Of a DNA stretch of 64,000 nucleotides, positions 10,064 to 20,333 are shown piece after piece. Position 1 is the stretch's first letter. The number at the start of each line of letters is the position of its first letter. Below the pieces are notes generated by a model. That model was not told where the DNA came from. It saw only the letters and a list, made by a program, of their open reading frames with translations, and did not search any database. The stretch is from a virus. A program made the translations under genes and the position numbers. The DNA lies in the IMG/VR virus record IMGVR_UViG_3300032213_002832, positions 103,516 through 167,515 of that record; one strand, given 5' to 3'.

Positions 10064-10669
10064 ATGACATATTTAAGTGTTAAAGAAGCTTTGGTTAAGA
10101 TATTCAATGATTCAGAAAACCCAAGTGAAGTCTTTAAACAAGTGAAGAATGAAGATATCCGTGATTTAGAGATTGCGTTACGTAAAATGTCAGGTAAGGT
10201 ATATAAGCAAAACCTCAATAAGAACTCCTCACAAGACTTCAATATATCTAATAACGGACAATGGTCTTTAGAAAAAGCAATCAAGCCTGGTCCTACTCTA
10301 GACTATGGCAAAATAGCTCCAGAACAAAACCCGATCTCAAATCCAGCAGCAGCTAAAGAGGCTAAAACTGCTCGTCTAGCTACTCAAGAAGCAAACGCCC
10401 CATCAATTAATTATGGTGGCAATAGAATGGCCACACCTAAAGTCAATGCTGGCTTAGCTGATAAGGCAAAAGCTGTAAGAGCTAAAATTGAAGCAGAGAG
10501 TAAAGAAACTGCTCTTGAGACTATTCAGCGTAAGCAGAAGATGAACAAAGAAGAAGGTGAACCTCATGATGACCCCAATCATGAGAAAAAAGAAAAGCAA
10601 AAAGCTGCTAAGATAAAAGAAGAAGCTGAAGGCATATTAGATCTACATAAAGCAAAAGCTACTAATTAA
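10064..10669 (+). CDS. Hypothetical protein, possible internal virion protein
   Basis: AGGAG RBS, TACAAT upstream, low complexity with repeated LxK[A/N] motifs. Confidence 0.5.
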   Translation: MTYLSVKEALVKIFNDSENPSEVFKQVKNEDIRDLEIALRKMSGKVYKQNLNKNSSQDFNISNNGQWSLEKAIKPGPTLDYGKIAPEQNPISNPAAAKEAKTARLATQEANAPSINYGGNRMATPKVNAGLADKAKAVRAKIEAESKETALETIQRKQKMNKEEGEPHDDPNHEKKEKQKAAKIKEEAEGILDLHKAKATN

Positions 10670-10672
10670 AAG

Positions 10673-11068
10673 TTATTCGATAACCAATCTCTCACCATTA
10701 GAATCTAGCCCATCAACTTCATCGGTATACTTTTTAAGTTTAGTACGATGATTACACGATGGGCATTTTCTCATGTAGAATAAGCCATCTGCTCTAGGAA
10801 CAATTATTACTCTTAGATAGTCATTCTTACATCCGTGACATATCCAGGTTTGCTTTAAATTCTCTAATTCAACAGTGATATCAAAATCTTCATCTTCATA
10901 TCCCTGAGTTTCTATTATATCTTTAAGGTTTGAGTATCTATCTATATCAATTCTAGACATTTGCTTTCTAAGTTTCGACATTTGCTTCTTAAGTTTCTGA
11001 TTTTCCATCTTAAGACGTCTGATTAAAGTTAGTTCAGTATTACTTTGACCTTTATGACTCTTACCCAT
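10673..11068 (-). CDS. Coiled-coil + zinc-ribbon protein
   Basis: Heptad N-terminus; CHGC...CPSC. Confidence 0.6.
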   Translation of the reverse strand: MGKSHKGQSNTELTLIRRLKMENQKLKKQMSKLRKQMSRIDIDRYSNLKDIIETQGYEDEDFDITVELENLKQTWICHGCKNDYLRVIIVPRADGLFYMRKCPSCNHRTKLKKYTDEVDGLDSNGERLVIE

Positions 11069-11366
11069 TGACTTCCTTTTTAACTAGGAGTTAATTTAAT
11101 TATACAGCATTTTAATTGAAAATATTAACGACGAGTGCTGTTATAATAAGAGTAGAATATCTGTATATGTTTCTTTATCAGTGTGGGGATAAGTTATGAC
11201 TTCCATTATGTATATTACTCTTTGTTGCTATTGTATATATTGCCACTATAAGACTAATAAATTAATCTTAATTCCAATTAAAAAATAATTCCAGTAAATT
11301 ATTAAAATAACCGTATGCTATTGTGGCATACTTATCTTTTATCGTCACCTCATATGGAGAGTTCAC

Positions 11367-13220
11367 ATGAGTATATCAACTGAGATCCTGTCAGACATAA
11401 CTGTTTTTACGAAATATGCTCGTTATTGGCCAGAACTTGGAAGAAGAGAAACTTGGGAAGAAATATGCTTACGCAACATGGCTATGCACATTAAGAAATT
11501 TCCTTTATTAAAAGAAGAAATAACAAAAGTATATACTGATTTTGTTATTACTAAAAAAGTATTACCAAGTATGAGGTCTCTTCAGTTCGCTGGCAAACCT
11601 ATCGAACGTGATCCTAACAGGATATACAATTGTTGCGCTCTACCTGTAGATGATTATCATGCTTTCAGCGAGACTATGTTCTTACTCCTAGGTGGTACTG
11701 GTGTTGGTTATTCTGTACAAAAGAAGCATGTACGTAAACTACCCTCTATCATTAAGCCAACCAAACATCGTCGTTATGTAGTTGCTGACTCTATTGAAGG
11801 TTGGGCAGACGCAGTTAAAGCACTTGTCCAAGCTTATATGCTTGGTAGGTCTTTGCCTGTCTATGATTTCTCCGACATACGCGAGAAAGGTGCTCCACTT
11901 ATTACCTCAGGTGGTAAGGCTCCAGGTGCTCAGCCACTTAAAGATTGCTTACATAACTTACAAAAGATACTTGATAGCGTGGATGAAGGCGCCCAGCTGA
12001 CACCGCTACAAGTTCATGACATGATGTGCTACATTGCTGATTCAGTTTTAGCTGGTGGAATACGTCGTGCCGCACTCATCTGTTTATTTAGTTTAGATGA
12101 TGAAGATATGTTGACATGTAAATTCGGCAACTGGTATGAACTAAACCCTCAAAGAGCACGTGCTAATAACTCTGCTGTAATCGTTCGTGACTTGGTTGAA
12201 GAAGACGACTTCAGAATACTATGGGATAAGATCAAGGCCTCTGGTAGTGGAGAGCCCGGCTTCTATCTCACTAATGATCCTGACTGGTTGACAAATCCAT
12301 GTTGCGAAATTGCGTTGCGTCCATTCCAGTTCTGTAACCTTTGTGAAATCAACGCTAATGATATAGTTGATCAGGCTGATTATAAGGAGCGAGCTGTCGC
12401 TGCTGCTTTCATCGGCACATTACAAGCTAGCTATACTGACTTCCATTACCTAAGGGAGATATGGAAGAAGACTACTGAGAAGGATGCTCTTATCGGCGTC
12501 TCTATGACTGGCATTGCTTCTGGTGCGGTACTTAGCTTAGATGAAGTCGCTGCTGCTGAAGCTGTATTGAAAGAGAACATACGAGTCGCTGATTTAATCG
12601 GAATTAATCATGCCGCAAGAACCACCGCGATCAAACCTGCCGGCACGACATCCTGTGTCCTAGGATCATCCTCTGGCATCCACGCGTGGCACGATGAATA
12701 TTTCATTAGACGTATGAGAATTGGAAAGAATGAATCTATTTACACGTATTTAAATATTAATCACCCTGAATTACTTGAAGATGAATACTTTAAACCTCAT
12801 CTAATGAGCGTAGTCTCTCTACCTATTAAGGCTCCAGAAGGTGCTATACTTCGTCATGAGAGTGCGATTGACCTACTTGAAAGAGTTAAGCGATTCAGTA
12901 AAAACTGGGTTAAGACTGGACACAGAGATGGAGCTAATACACATAACGTCTCTGCCACTATCAATATCAAAGAAGATGAATGGGATGATGTTAGAGGGTG
13001 GATGTTTACTAATCGAGAACACTTCAATGGATTAAGTGTATTACCTCATGATGGCGGAAGTTATATACAGGCGCCTTTTGAGTCATGTACTAAAGAAAAG
13101 TATGAAGAAATGATAGGGCATTTAAGAGGTATTGATCTTACAAGGATAGTTGAGGTACGAGATGATACAGACTTAAGTGGTGAGCTCGCTTGTGCGGGTG
13201 GAAGCTGTGAGTTGAAATAA
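11367..13220 (+). CDS. nrdJ: Class II (adenosylcobalamin-dependent) ribonucleotide reductase
   Basis: KYAR..RRETW, PSMR, YNC, GTGVG, TNPCCEI, KPAGT, C-terminal CAGGSC; no small subunit nearby. Confidence 0.93.
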   Translation: MSISTEILSDITVFTKYARYWPELGRRETWEEICLRNMAMHIKKFPLLKEEITKVYTDFVITKKVLPSMRSLQFAGKPIERDPNRIYNCCALPVDDYHAFSETMFLLLGGTGVGYSVQKKHVRKLPSIIKPTKHRRYVVADSIEGWADAVKALVQAYMLGRSLPVYDFSDIREKGAPLITSGGKAPGAQPLKDCLHNLQKILDSVDEGAQLTPLQVHDMMCYIADSVLAGGIRRAALICLFSLDDEDMLTCKFGNWYELNPQRARANNSAVIVRDLVEEDDFRILWDKIKASGSGEPGFYLTNDPDWLTNPCCEIALRPFQFCNLCEINANDIVDQADYKERAVAAAFIGTLQASYTDFHYLREIWKKTTEKDALIGVSMTGIASGAVLSLDEVAAAEAVLKENIRVADLIGINHAARTTAIKPAGTTSCVLGSSSGIHAWHDEYFIRRMRIGKNESIYTYLNINHPELLEDEYFKPHLMSVVSLPIKAPEGAILRHESAIDLLERVKRFSKNWVKTGHRDGANTHNVSATINIKEDEWDDVRGWMFTNREHFNGLSVLPHDGGSYIQAPFESCTKEKYEEMIGHLRGIDLTRIVEVRDDTDLSGELACAGGSCELK

Positions 13221-13222
13221 GT

Positions 13223-13248
13223 AAAGGGAGCCAATTGGCTCCCTTTTT
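13223..13248. terminator. Bidirectional intrinsic terminator
   Basis: AAAGGGAGCC-AATT-GGCTCCCTTTTT between convergent genes. Confidence 0.8.
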
Positions 13249-13262
13249 AATATCAGGTTTTA

Positions 13263-13568
13263 TTATTTCTTCTTAAGAAGCTTCAATGGTAAGCAGATAC
13301 CATTGCCTTCAGCTTCTGGTAAAGAAATTGGGCAACTTGCTGTTCCACATACTAGTGGTGACTGGATACTAATCAATTGATTTGGTGCCATTGGATTTGG
13401 TGCTACTGTAACAATGTTACCAACCACTACACTACAATCTTTTGTCTCTTCATCTTTTGCCATTAGCTTTTCACCAACAACAATATCCTGTGCTGTAAGC
13501 TCTTTCTTTGCGGATGCGCAAGATACGAAAAACATGGCTACTACTGCTACTGCTAATACTACTCTCAT
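13263..13568 (-). CDS. Putative lipoprotein
   Basis: Signal peptide ending FVSC. Confidence 0.6.
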   Translation of the reverse strand: MRVVLAVAVVAMFFVSCASAKKELTAQDIVVGEKLMAKDEETKDCSVVVGNIVTVAPNPMAPNQLISIQSPLVCGTASCPISLPEAEGNGICLPLKLLKKK

Positions 13569-13616
13569 TCTTTCTCTCCTTTGTGGATTAATTTCATCGA
13601 TATATGTTATACCAAT

Positions 13617-14081
13617 TTATATATTTACTATGTTACAATTTGCTGTAGTAAAATTGAAGGTTTCATGTATTACACCAGTGACCCTATCTATATATCTAGC
13701 CTTCATAAGGTTGGTTTTTCTATCTAACATAATCACCCACTTACCACCATTGTTAAAAGGAGCATAAACGTCAGCATCCACTGTTACTCGTGCTAATAAA
13801 GATCCAGCTTCATCTTTATAATACTCTTGTTTGTTATTTCGTGAGAAGTCATGTCGTGTAGCTACTTCGGCAGAGGCTTTGATATTACCATTTTGAGTGA
13901 TTTCGGCTTTGTATTTAAGTGAAACACCATTTAGTCTTATATAAGATCCACTGGAAACACCTTCGCATTGAATGGTAGATACCACTCTATCTGTAATTGG
14001 TTGACGCTTGGTTGGTACTTGAATAGATGTTGGATTGTTACAACTGATTATCATTAACAATAAAGAAAAATACCTTACCAT
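13617..14081 (-). CDS. Putative lipoprotein, paralog of the globular domain of 14128-14655
   Basis: IISC lipobox; shared LNG....Y.A..T..G...ASAEV, AD.Y.P.NN.G, A.C.I. Confidence 0.7.
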   Translation of the reverse strand: MVRYFSLLLMIISCNNPTSIQVPTKRQPITDRVVSTIQCEGVSSGSYIRLNGVSLKYKAEITQNGNIKASAEVATRHDFSRNNKQEYYKDEAGSLLARVTVDADVYAPFNNGGKWVIMLDRKTNLMKARYIDRVTGVIHETFNFTTANCNIVNI

Positions 14082-14127
14082 AAAACCTCCAAGGATTTGT
14101 AATAAGGTATGTTCGTATCGGTTTTAA

Positions 14128-14655
14128 TTAATAGTTATTAATTATACAGGCAGAAGCTGGATAAGTAAATGTTTGCGTTACCGTGTCGTGATAAACAACA
14201 GTAGCAATACCTGTATAGCGGGCCACACTAATTTCAAACCACCCATTATTATTATATGGAGAGTAATAATCTGCGCCAATTTCTATAGCAGCTGTTGAAG
14301 CTCCAACTTGATTAGCAGAGTAAAATCGAGAACCAGATGTAGGGTCTACGCCTGGTATAGAAACTTCTGCTGAAGCCCAAACATCGCCAGCTTTAGTAAC
14401 TGTAGCCCAATAAGATACCTTAATTCCATTTAGCGCATAAGACGATCCGCTTGTAGTTCCATTACAGTATAACGTAGCTACTACTTTATTATCAGTTCCC
14501 GATGAGCCCGTAGCTCCAGTAGGACCAGTGGCTCCAGTAGGGCCTGGTGAGCCTTTGTCTCCAGTAGGACCAGCTGGTCCAGTACCACCATCTTTACCAT
14601 CAGTACCACAACTCATTAAACTTAACGCCAACATCAGACCACTTAATACTTTCAT
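14128..14655 (-). CDS. Collagen-repeat lipoprotein
   Basis: LMSC lipobox, about 12 Gly-X-Y triplets, then beta-rich domain. Confidence 0.75.
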   Translation of the reverse strand: MKVLSGLMLALSLMSCGTDGKDGGTGPAGPTGDKGSPGPTGATGPTGATGSSGTDNKVVATLYCNGTTSGSSYALNGIKVSYWATVTKAGDVWASAEVSIPGVDPTSGSRFYSANQVGASTAAIEIGADYYSPYNNNGWFEISVARYTGIATVVYHDTVTQTFTYPASACIINNY

Positions 14656-14706
14656 CGATTCTCCTTAGATTGTTACATAACTATCGTATCGGTTTTTACT
14701 TACTTA

Positions 14707-15609
14707 TTACTTACCAGGGATTTCATACCAATCAAGAACACCGCGATCCCCTACTTCAACTTGTTGCCAATTAGGAGAACCGTTATCTTTCAGTTCATCA
14801 AGATGCTTATAAAAACACTCTCTAAAATAACGTTGCGCATTTACTTTTTCTGGCGTACTAAACTTACGAGTAACGATTGTTGCCAGTGGTGCCATAGTGC
14901 TAATTGGACCAGATGTTAGTCCGTTATAGTTGATGCTATGAGGACGGTATACACCTTTTACTTTGGCGGAGATAGCTTCTCCAATTGGAATAAGTTTATA
15001 TTTAGTTTTATCGAGAGTAGCAATATTTGGAAGAGGTGCTGCGCCAACAAAGATTGCTCCAGCTATTTCACCTTTATCCAAAGCTTCAAGAACTTCTTTA
15101 CCAGAGTTGTATGTAACAACTTCAAATCCGCCATCACCTTGACCTTTAAGGATTTTGGCTGTATAAACACCGCCGCCTGCTGCACCAATCTTTTGTCCTT
15201 GCATTTCAGATAAAGTATTGAAATCAGCTTTACCAAGACTAAGCATTCCCTTTTTAGGGGTTTTTGACTCTTTAAGAAGGAGTACGTGGATTGGTTCAGG
15301 GTAGAGCGATACGAGTGTTTGGAATCGCTTGTATGATGGATCTGATTGTGAGTTCGCAAAGAATACATCAGAATGTAGAAAAGCAGCTTGTGCTTTATTA
15401 TTTACTAATGCTTCTAAATTACCTGGAGCTCCACCTGCTATGCCTTGAGCTTCAGCTATATTAAACTTATCATTAGCACAAACACCGATAATTTCTCCAA
15501 GCATTTTCTTATATGTACCGCTTGAACTATCACTAGCAACAGATAAAGACAGTCCTTGTGCAAATCCTACTTGACTAATAAAAAACAACAATACTAATAA
15601 CTTTTTCAT
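14707..15609 (-). CDS. TAXI-family TRAP-type solute-binding protein
   Basis: Signal peptide MKKLLVLL (start moved to 15609); SGTY, NLEAL, LYPEPIHVL motifs. Confidence 0.72.
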   Translation of the reverse strand: MKKLLVLLFFISQVGFAQGLSLSVASDSSSGTYKKMLGEIIGVCANDKFNIAEAQGIAGGAPGNLEALVNNKAQAAFLHSDVFFANSQSDPSYKRFQTLVSLYPEPIHVLLLKESKTPKKGMLSLGKADFNTLSEMQGQKIGAAGGGVYTAKILKGQGDGGFEVVTYNSGKEVLEALDKGEIAGAIFVGAAPLPNIATLDKTKYKLIPIGEAISAKVKGVYRPHSINYNGLTSGPISTMAPLATIVTRKFSTPEKVNAQRYFRECFYKHLDELKDNGSPNWQQVEVGDRGVLDWYEIPGK

Positions 15610-15734
15610 TCCATTTCCTTTCTTAAAAATGAATACCATCATTATTTGATGACGACGCTGGGGTTGATGAGCTGTCTTGAACAAGATAACATGTTAGCCA
15701 TACAGCTAAGATAACTAAAATACTTGCAATAAAC

Positions 15735-16472
15735 CTATACACTAGTACTCCCTTCTTTTTTAGCAATTTTCATATGTGACAACTCTTTAGTTAAAGAGGT
15801 TGGTTTATTAATGGCTAGATTCATAGAGTCAATAGTTTTACCTGCCATTGCTTGACGCATCTTGCTTTTAATCGACGTTCTTGCAACCTCAATTCGTTGA
15901 AGCTCTTCTGGATTACGTTCTGCTCCATGAGCTTTCTCCATAGCTTTTGCTGAACGATGTAGAGCAATATAGAGTTTATTGATACGTTGAAGTTCTACAA
16001 AATCGATTTTACGTTGTCTTAATGTATCTTCAGCATCTTGAATGATAGCTTGTATTGCATTAATCTGTCCATTAAGCATTTCTTGTTCTTCTAAAGATGC
16101 TGTTTTAAGTTGTTTACTAATTTCCTCTTGAGCTCCTTCTAATTCAGCGCAAGAAGAGGAGTATTGATCTTCTAATACGGCTATTCTTTCAGCTTCTTTT
16201 TGCTCATCTTCCCTAATGGTTTCTTCAGAAAATGCTTCAGTCATTTTGGTTAAGGCTTTTACTCTCCATAAAGCAACAGATCGTGCGGTTACGGGTACTA
16301 CAAAGTTCACCATTACTAATCCGACAACAGCTACTACTGATGCTGTCACCAACGATGCGCCAACAACTACCACTGCTGCTGACGCAGCGCCAACAACCGC
16401 GACTGTTCCAGCTACTTTAGCATATCCCTGTAGCTTAACTAGTTTAACATCATCCGGTAAAGTACTACTCAT
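15735..16472 (-). CDS. Membrane protein with coiled-coil C-terminus
   Basis: Two Ala/Val-rich TM segments followed by a long heptad region. Confidence 0.6.
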   Translation of the reverse strand: MSSTLPDDVKLVKLQGYAKVAGTVAVVGAASAAVVVVGASLVTASVVAVVGLVMVNFVVPVTARSVALWRVKALTKMTEAFSEETIREDEQKEAERIAVLEDQYSSSCAELEGAQEEISKQLKTASLEEQEMLNGQINAIQAIIQDAEDTLRQRKIDFVELQRINKLYIALHRSAKAMEKAHGAERNPEELQRIEVARTSIKSKMRQAMAGKTIDSMNLAINKPTSLTKELSHMKIAKKEGSTSV

Positions 16473-16501
16473 TTCTATCTCTCCAATTGTTAAATGTTAT
16501 G

Positions 16502-16747
16502 TTACTTATGCTTCTTGAACATATGATACTCATTGATCACGCACTGCTCATGTCCAGGCCAACAGGCATTGCGGTCCTTCTTCTGCCTACACATTAGGTA
16601 ATCTATGAAACACCTATCCGTACGGATGAAGAAGCTGGCTGACACTGCTTGGCTTTCGAGCTGCGTCAATCTCGCATCAAACTCTTCATCCCGCGAAGGG
16701 TGGGAGTGACTACAAGATACTATCAATGCGCACAGTAGGTATTTCAT
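16502..16747 (-). CDS. Small Cys-rich lipoprotein
   Basis: IVSC lipobox; 4 further Cys. Confidence 0.55.
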   Translation of the reverse strand: MKYLLCALIVSCSHSHPSRDEEFDARLTQLESQAVSASFFIRTDRCFIDYLMCRQKKDRNACWPGHEQCVINEYHMFKKHK

Positions 16748-16758
16748 ATAGTTTCCTC

Positions 16759-17289
16759 TTAAAAGTCTAAGCCTAAGTTGAATAGGATAGTCTTGTTGGT
16801 TTGTACTTGTCCACCTACAGAGAGGTCAAATGGGGTTAAGCTTTGGTCAATGATGCGCTGATACATTAAACCACCAACAGCACCTTGTCTACTCTTAACT
16901 TCTACTGTATCGCCTTTAGTGTTTTTATCTAAACCACTACGTAGACCTTTGCCAGCAAGAATTGATACTCTGTTGGAACCTGGTTTGATATAAACCGTGT
17001 TTGTCTTAACCTGAGTGGTTGTACACTGAGTTTGACTATGGCTAATATCGTGTGTAACAATAAACTGTTGCTTACGTGGGACTACTTTAAACTTTTCAGC
17101 TGGTACACTTGATTCACGACCATCGGCAGTACGCACAATGATAGTTGCTCCGCGTAGATGCTTAGGTGTGCTTGTGTCGATCACTTTAGTTTCAAGTTCT
17201 TGAGTTCCAACGTTTTCCATTTTACAAACTGTCTCTTCAGCAAAGACTGGTGTTGAGAACAATATAGTTAATAATGCTAGTTTCTTCAT
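16759..17289 (-). CDS. Secreted protein with outer-membrane-type C-terminus
   Basis: Signal peptide (VFA-E); ends LFNLGLDF, like a beta-signal. Confidence 0.55.
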   Translation of the reverse strand: MKKLALLTILFSTPVFAEETVCKMENVGTQELETKVIDTSTPKHLRGATIIVRTADGRESSVPAEKFKVVPRKQQFIVTHDISHSQTQCTTTQVKTNTVYIKPGSNRVSILAGKGLRSGLDKNTKGDTVEVKSRQGAVGGLMYQRIIDQSLTPFDLSVGGQVQTNKTILFNLGLDF

Positions 17290-17741
17290 CTAAACTTCCT
17301 TCTTATTGGTGTTAATACTACATTTGATTCCATTGGTTTTTGTGTAAAAAAGCTTACATGACATGAATATGTGCGTTTTGATGGACTATACCAAATACAA
17401 GTATTTGATTCTAGTGCTGATAATCCATATTTTCCATGATGATCTTTTATTATTTGAGAAGCTTTTTGTAAAACTTCATTCATATTTTGACTTTGAAACA
17501 TAGCTGCGACAAATCTTTTTTCCCTATACATTTGTGTATAGTTTACTCCACCCCATAATTCCTTATAATCCTTGTAAACATCTTCCCCTAAATATGCTCT
17601 TAATACATTATCTGGTACCTTTTCAGAGATAGTATCATTGTAAAAATGTTTAGGTAGCGTTTGATTTAAAATGCCAAAACCACCTATAGCGGAACCAATC
17701 AAACCTATACCAATATTTCTAAACAAATCTCGCTTATTCAT
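17286..17741 (-). CDS. Hypothetical protein with Tat-like N-terminus
   Basis: MNKRDLFR followed by a hydrophobic stretch. Confidence 0.5.
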   Translation of the reverse strand: MNKRDLFRNIGIGLIGSAIGGFGILNQTLPKHFYNDTISEKVPDNVLRAYLGEDVYKDYKELWGGVNYTQMYREKRFVAAMFQSQNMNEVLQKASQIIKDHHGKYGLSALESNTCIWYSPSKRTYSCHVSFFTQKPMESNVVLTPIRRKFR

Positions 17742-17941
17742 TTAACTTCCTTTTGTCCAATTCGTTTTAAAAGCTCTTCTGATTCTAAGTAAAAATCATC
17801 TTCCCAAGCTCTCTCATCACCACCCCAATCTACAACAACGCCTAGATTTAACAATGCTTGAGAGAATCTTGTGTCAGGATACTCTTCGATATACTGCTCT
17901 AGTATAAGTATTATTAAGCGATTTGCTTCTAGACGTGTCAT
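17738..17941 (-). CDS. Small phage protein
   Basis: YPDTRFSQAL...DDFYLES resembles the recurring phage P..R..Q / D.FY.E pattern. Confidence 0.55.
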   Translation of the reverse strand: MTRLEANRLIILILEQYIEEYPDTRFSQALLNLGVVVDWGGDERAWEDDFYLESEELLKRIGQKEVK

Positions 17942-17950
17942 AGGGATTCC

Positions 17951-19333
17951 TTAGTGTGTAAAGTCAGAGGCAGGCACTACAGCTTCAGTCATATTTGGGC
18001 CAGACATCTTGAGTTGTAAAGCGATCTGAGTAGCTGGACCTTGGAAATACACGATATTGAACTTGTTTGGACCTTTATTAAGTAACTTAGTACCAGATAC
18101 GGTATGTGGAGCATGTAAACCTTGATCTTCGACTAATAAATAACTATCTTCGATTGAGAGTCTAGCACCGTCATCACTTAGAAGTTTAAGAGTATATTCA
18201 CCAGAAGTCTTGATGTTTAAATAACCAGAACAATCTAAAGCATAATCAGTATCGCCTACTAATGTTCGTAAATTAGCTGGCATTCCTGGAAAACCATTAG
18301 CAGATGGACTATCACCTACACTTAGATTAGCAAGAACAAAACTGCCTACTACTGGACTATTTTTTAGAGCATCAGGTAGTTTAGTATCACCATTAGTTGA
18401 ACTAAGATTATGAACATTACATAAAAGACCTGGTTGAATAGCATCTTCACCATCAGCACCAGTTGCTCCTACTGACCCATTAAGTCCGTCACGTCCTGGC
18501 TGACCTTGTGGGCCAGTTGTACCTGCTGGACCTTGAGCACCATTAGCTAGAAATACAGTACTTTCACCACAGACTACATTAGCTCCACCTGGAGCAGCAA
18601 ATGCGGTACAAGAAGTTCCATTCAAACCATTTTGTCCGTTTTCACCATTCTGGCCATTTTGGCCATTATTTCCAGTTTTACCTTTTTTGCCATCATACAC
18701 ATAAGATACAGAATGTCCACATGTAATTTTTATACGTTTTTTATGAGATTGACGCTTCACTGTACAGCTGTCGCCCTTATCACCTTTATCTCCAGCAATA
18801 CCTTGTTCACCCTGAATACCCTGATCACCCTGAATACCTTGTTCACCTTGAATACCCTGATCACCTTTATCACCTTTAGCTCCATTATGGATAACTAAAG
18901 ATTCTTGGTCAGGACAAGAAAGGACGACATTACCATCTTCGTCTGTTGATGTTGAACAGCTAAGACCATCAGATCCAGCTACACCCTGCTCACCAGTTTC
19001 ACCCTGAATACCTTGTATTCCTTGAACACCTTGCGAACCGTTATAAACGATTTGACTAGTGCCATCATCACAAGAAATCTTAGCACCAATCACTACTAAA
19101 GTAGTATCTAAAGAGTAGTATTCATCTTCTAGTTCAGCATAAGCTGGGGCAACTGAACATGAGCTACCATCTTTACCAGTTGCGCCAGTATCGCCTTTCG
19201 CTCCATCTTTACCATCAACACCGTTGGTTCCATTTGTACCAGCAGCACCAGGTGCTCCAACCGTCACCTTCACTTTCTCTTTGTCTACACTACAACCCAC
19301 TAATAACATTAGACTCAGCAACACGTTCTTCAT
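17951..19333 (-). CDS. Collagen-repeat lipoprotein with C-terminal PA14 domain
   Basis: LVGC lipobox; Gly-X-Y tracts separated by 4 SC...C...NG/DG modules; SGYL..G.Y..SDDGARL..DQGLH..YFQG PA14 signature. Confidence 0.8.
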   Translation of the reverse strand: MKNVLLSLMLLVGCSVDKEKVKVTVGAPGAAGTNGTNGVDGKDGAKGDTGATGKDGSSCSVAPAYAELEDEYYSLDTTLVVIGAKISCDDGTSQIVYNGSQGVQGIQGIQGETGEQGVAGSDGLSCSTSTDEDGNVVLSCPDQESLVIHNGAKGDKGDQGIQGEQGIQGDQGIQGEQGIAGDKGDKGDSCTVKRQSHKKRIKITCGHSVSYVYDGKKGKTGNNGQNGQNGENGQNGLNGTSCTAFAAPGGANVVCGESTVFLANGAQGPAGTTGPQGQPGRDGLNGSVGATGADGEDAIQPGLLCNVHNLSSTNGDTKLPDALKNSPVVGSFVLANLSVGDSPSANGFPGMPANLRTLVGDTDYALDCSGYLNIKTSGEYTLKLLSDDGARLSIEDSYLLVEDQGLHAPHTVSGTKLLNKGPNKFNIVYFQGPATQIALQLKMSGPNMTEAVVPASDFTH

Positions 19334-19418
19334 TCTTACTCCTATATATTGATTGGCGCTTAAAACTATGTATAATATACTAAGATATAATCTTAATAAA
19401 GTGTTAAAGGATACAAAA

Positions 19419-19667
19419 ATGGCATTATTAATACCGAAAATACAAAAAGATATGGAAGCAGCTTTGATTGCGGCTTTAAAAACAGAGTTTGCTAAAGAGG
19501 GCTTGGCTGATACTACATCTCATCAAAGAATGGCAGCAGCTATAGCGAAAGGCGTAACTCAAGTACTCATCACTGCCATCACTACACAAGCACAAGTGGT
19601 GCCAGGTATCGCGACGGTGGGTGGCGAAAGTTCACAAACTTCAGTTTCACCAGGAAAAATAGTTTAA
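19419..19667 (+). CDS. Small protein, possibly structural (spike-tip-like C-terminus)
   Basis: Isolated plus-strand gene with TATAAT and AAGGA upstream; ends QTSVSPGKIV. Confidence 0.45.
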   Translation: MALLIPKIQKDMEAALIAALKTEFAKEGLADTTSHQRMAAAIAKGVTQVLITAITTQAQVVPGIATVGGESSQTSVSPGKIV

Positions 19668-19861
19668 GGCTTATAGTGAGTTCTCTTCATATACTCAACG
19701 ACGGGATTATTATAGTAATCCCTTGTTCTCTCTTGAAGCCTGTTCAGCTCTTCCAATGAATAAGCTGTATCATTCTTCTCACTTCTAAACAAACCGGTTA
19801 TCATAAAACCTATTGGTATACCAGCAAAAATACCCACGATCAAACCCCATATAAAGAACAT
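19664..19861 (-). CDS. Small membrane protein
   Basis: N-terminal GxxxG TM helix. Confidence 0.55.
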   Translation of the reverse strand: MFFIWGLIVGIFAGIPIGFMITGLFRSEKNDTAYSLEELNRLQERTRDYYNNPVVEYMKRTHYKP

Positions 19862-20333
19862 AAAACCCCTAATTGTTACAGTTTTTGATCTTGTATTACA
19901 TTAACACCGGCTTTATGTGCTCTATCTCGCATCATTGATAGTCGATCTGCTAACTCTTTATAAACTTTGCTTTCAGCTACAATAGCTGTATTATTGGCTT
20001 TGATTAGAAGTTCAATAATTAAATCATTAGCATCTATATAAACTTCTTTAGAGGGTATTTCAACCACACGAATATTGTGGTTCATTCTTTAATCCGATAT
20101 GATCTCAAAACTCCAATATTAGCTTGTGTACGCTCTTTAGTGAGCTTTTCTTTTTTCTTACGATTTGCTTCCATGATGTTTTCAAAAGAGGTCTCTTCTA
20201 CTTCTTCATCAAAAATAATCTCTTCATTTTCAACTAGCTTTTCTTTAGAGAATAGATTAATCACCTTACCCATTAAGCCTCTCCTTTCAAATGATAACAC
20301 CACACATATAAATCGCGTCGGTTTTATTACACC

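Noticed and set aside
14128-19333. Collagen proteins as tail fibres
   Set aside because: Both begin with lipoprotein signal peptides and lie outside the structural module
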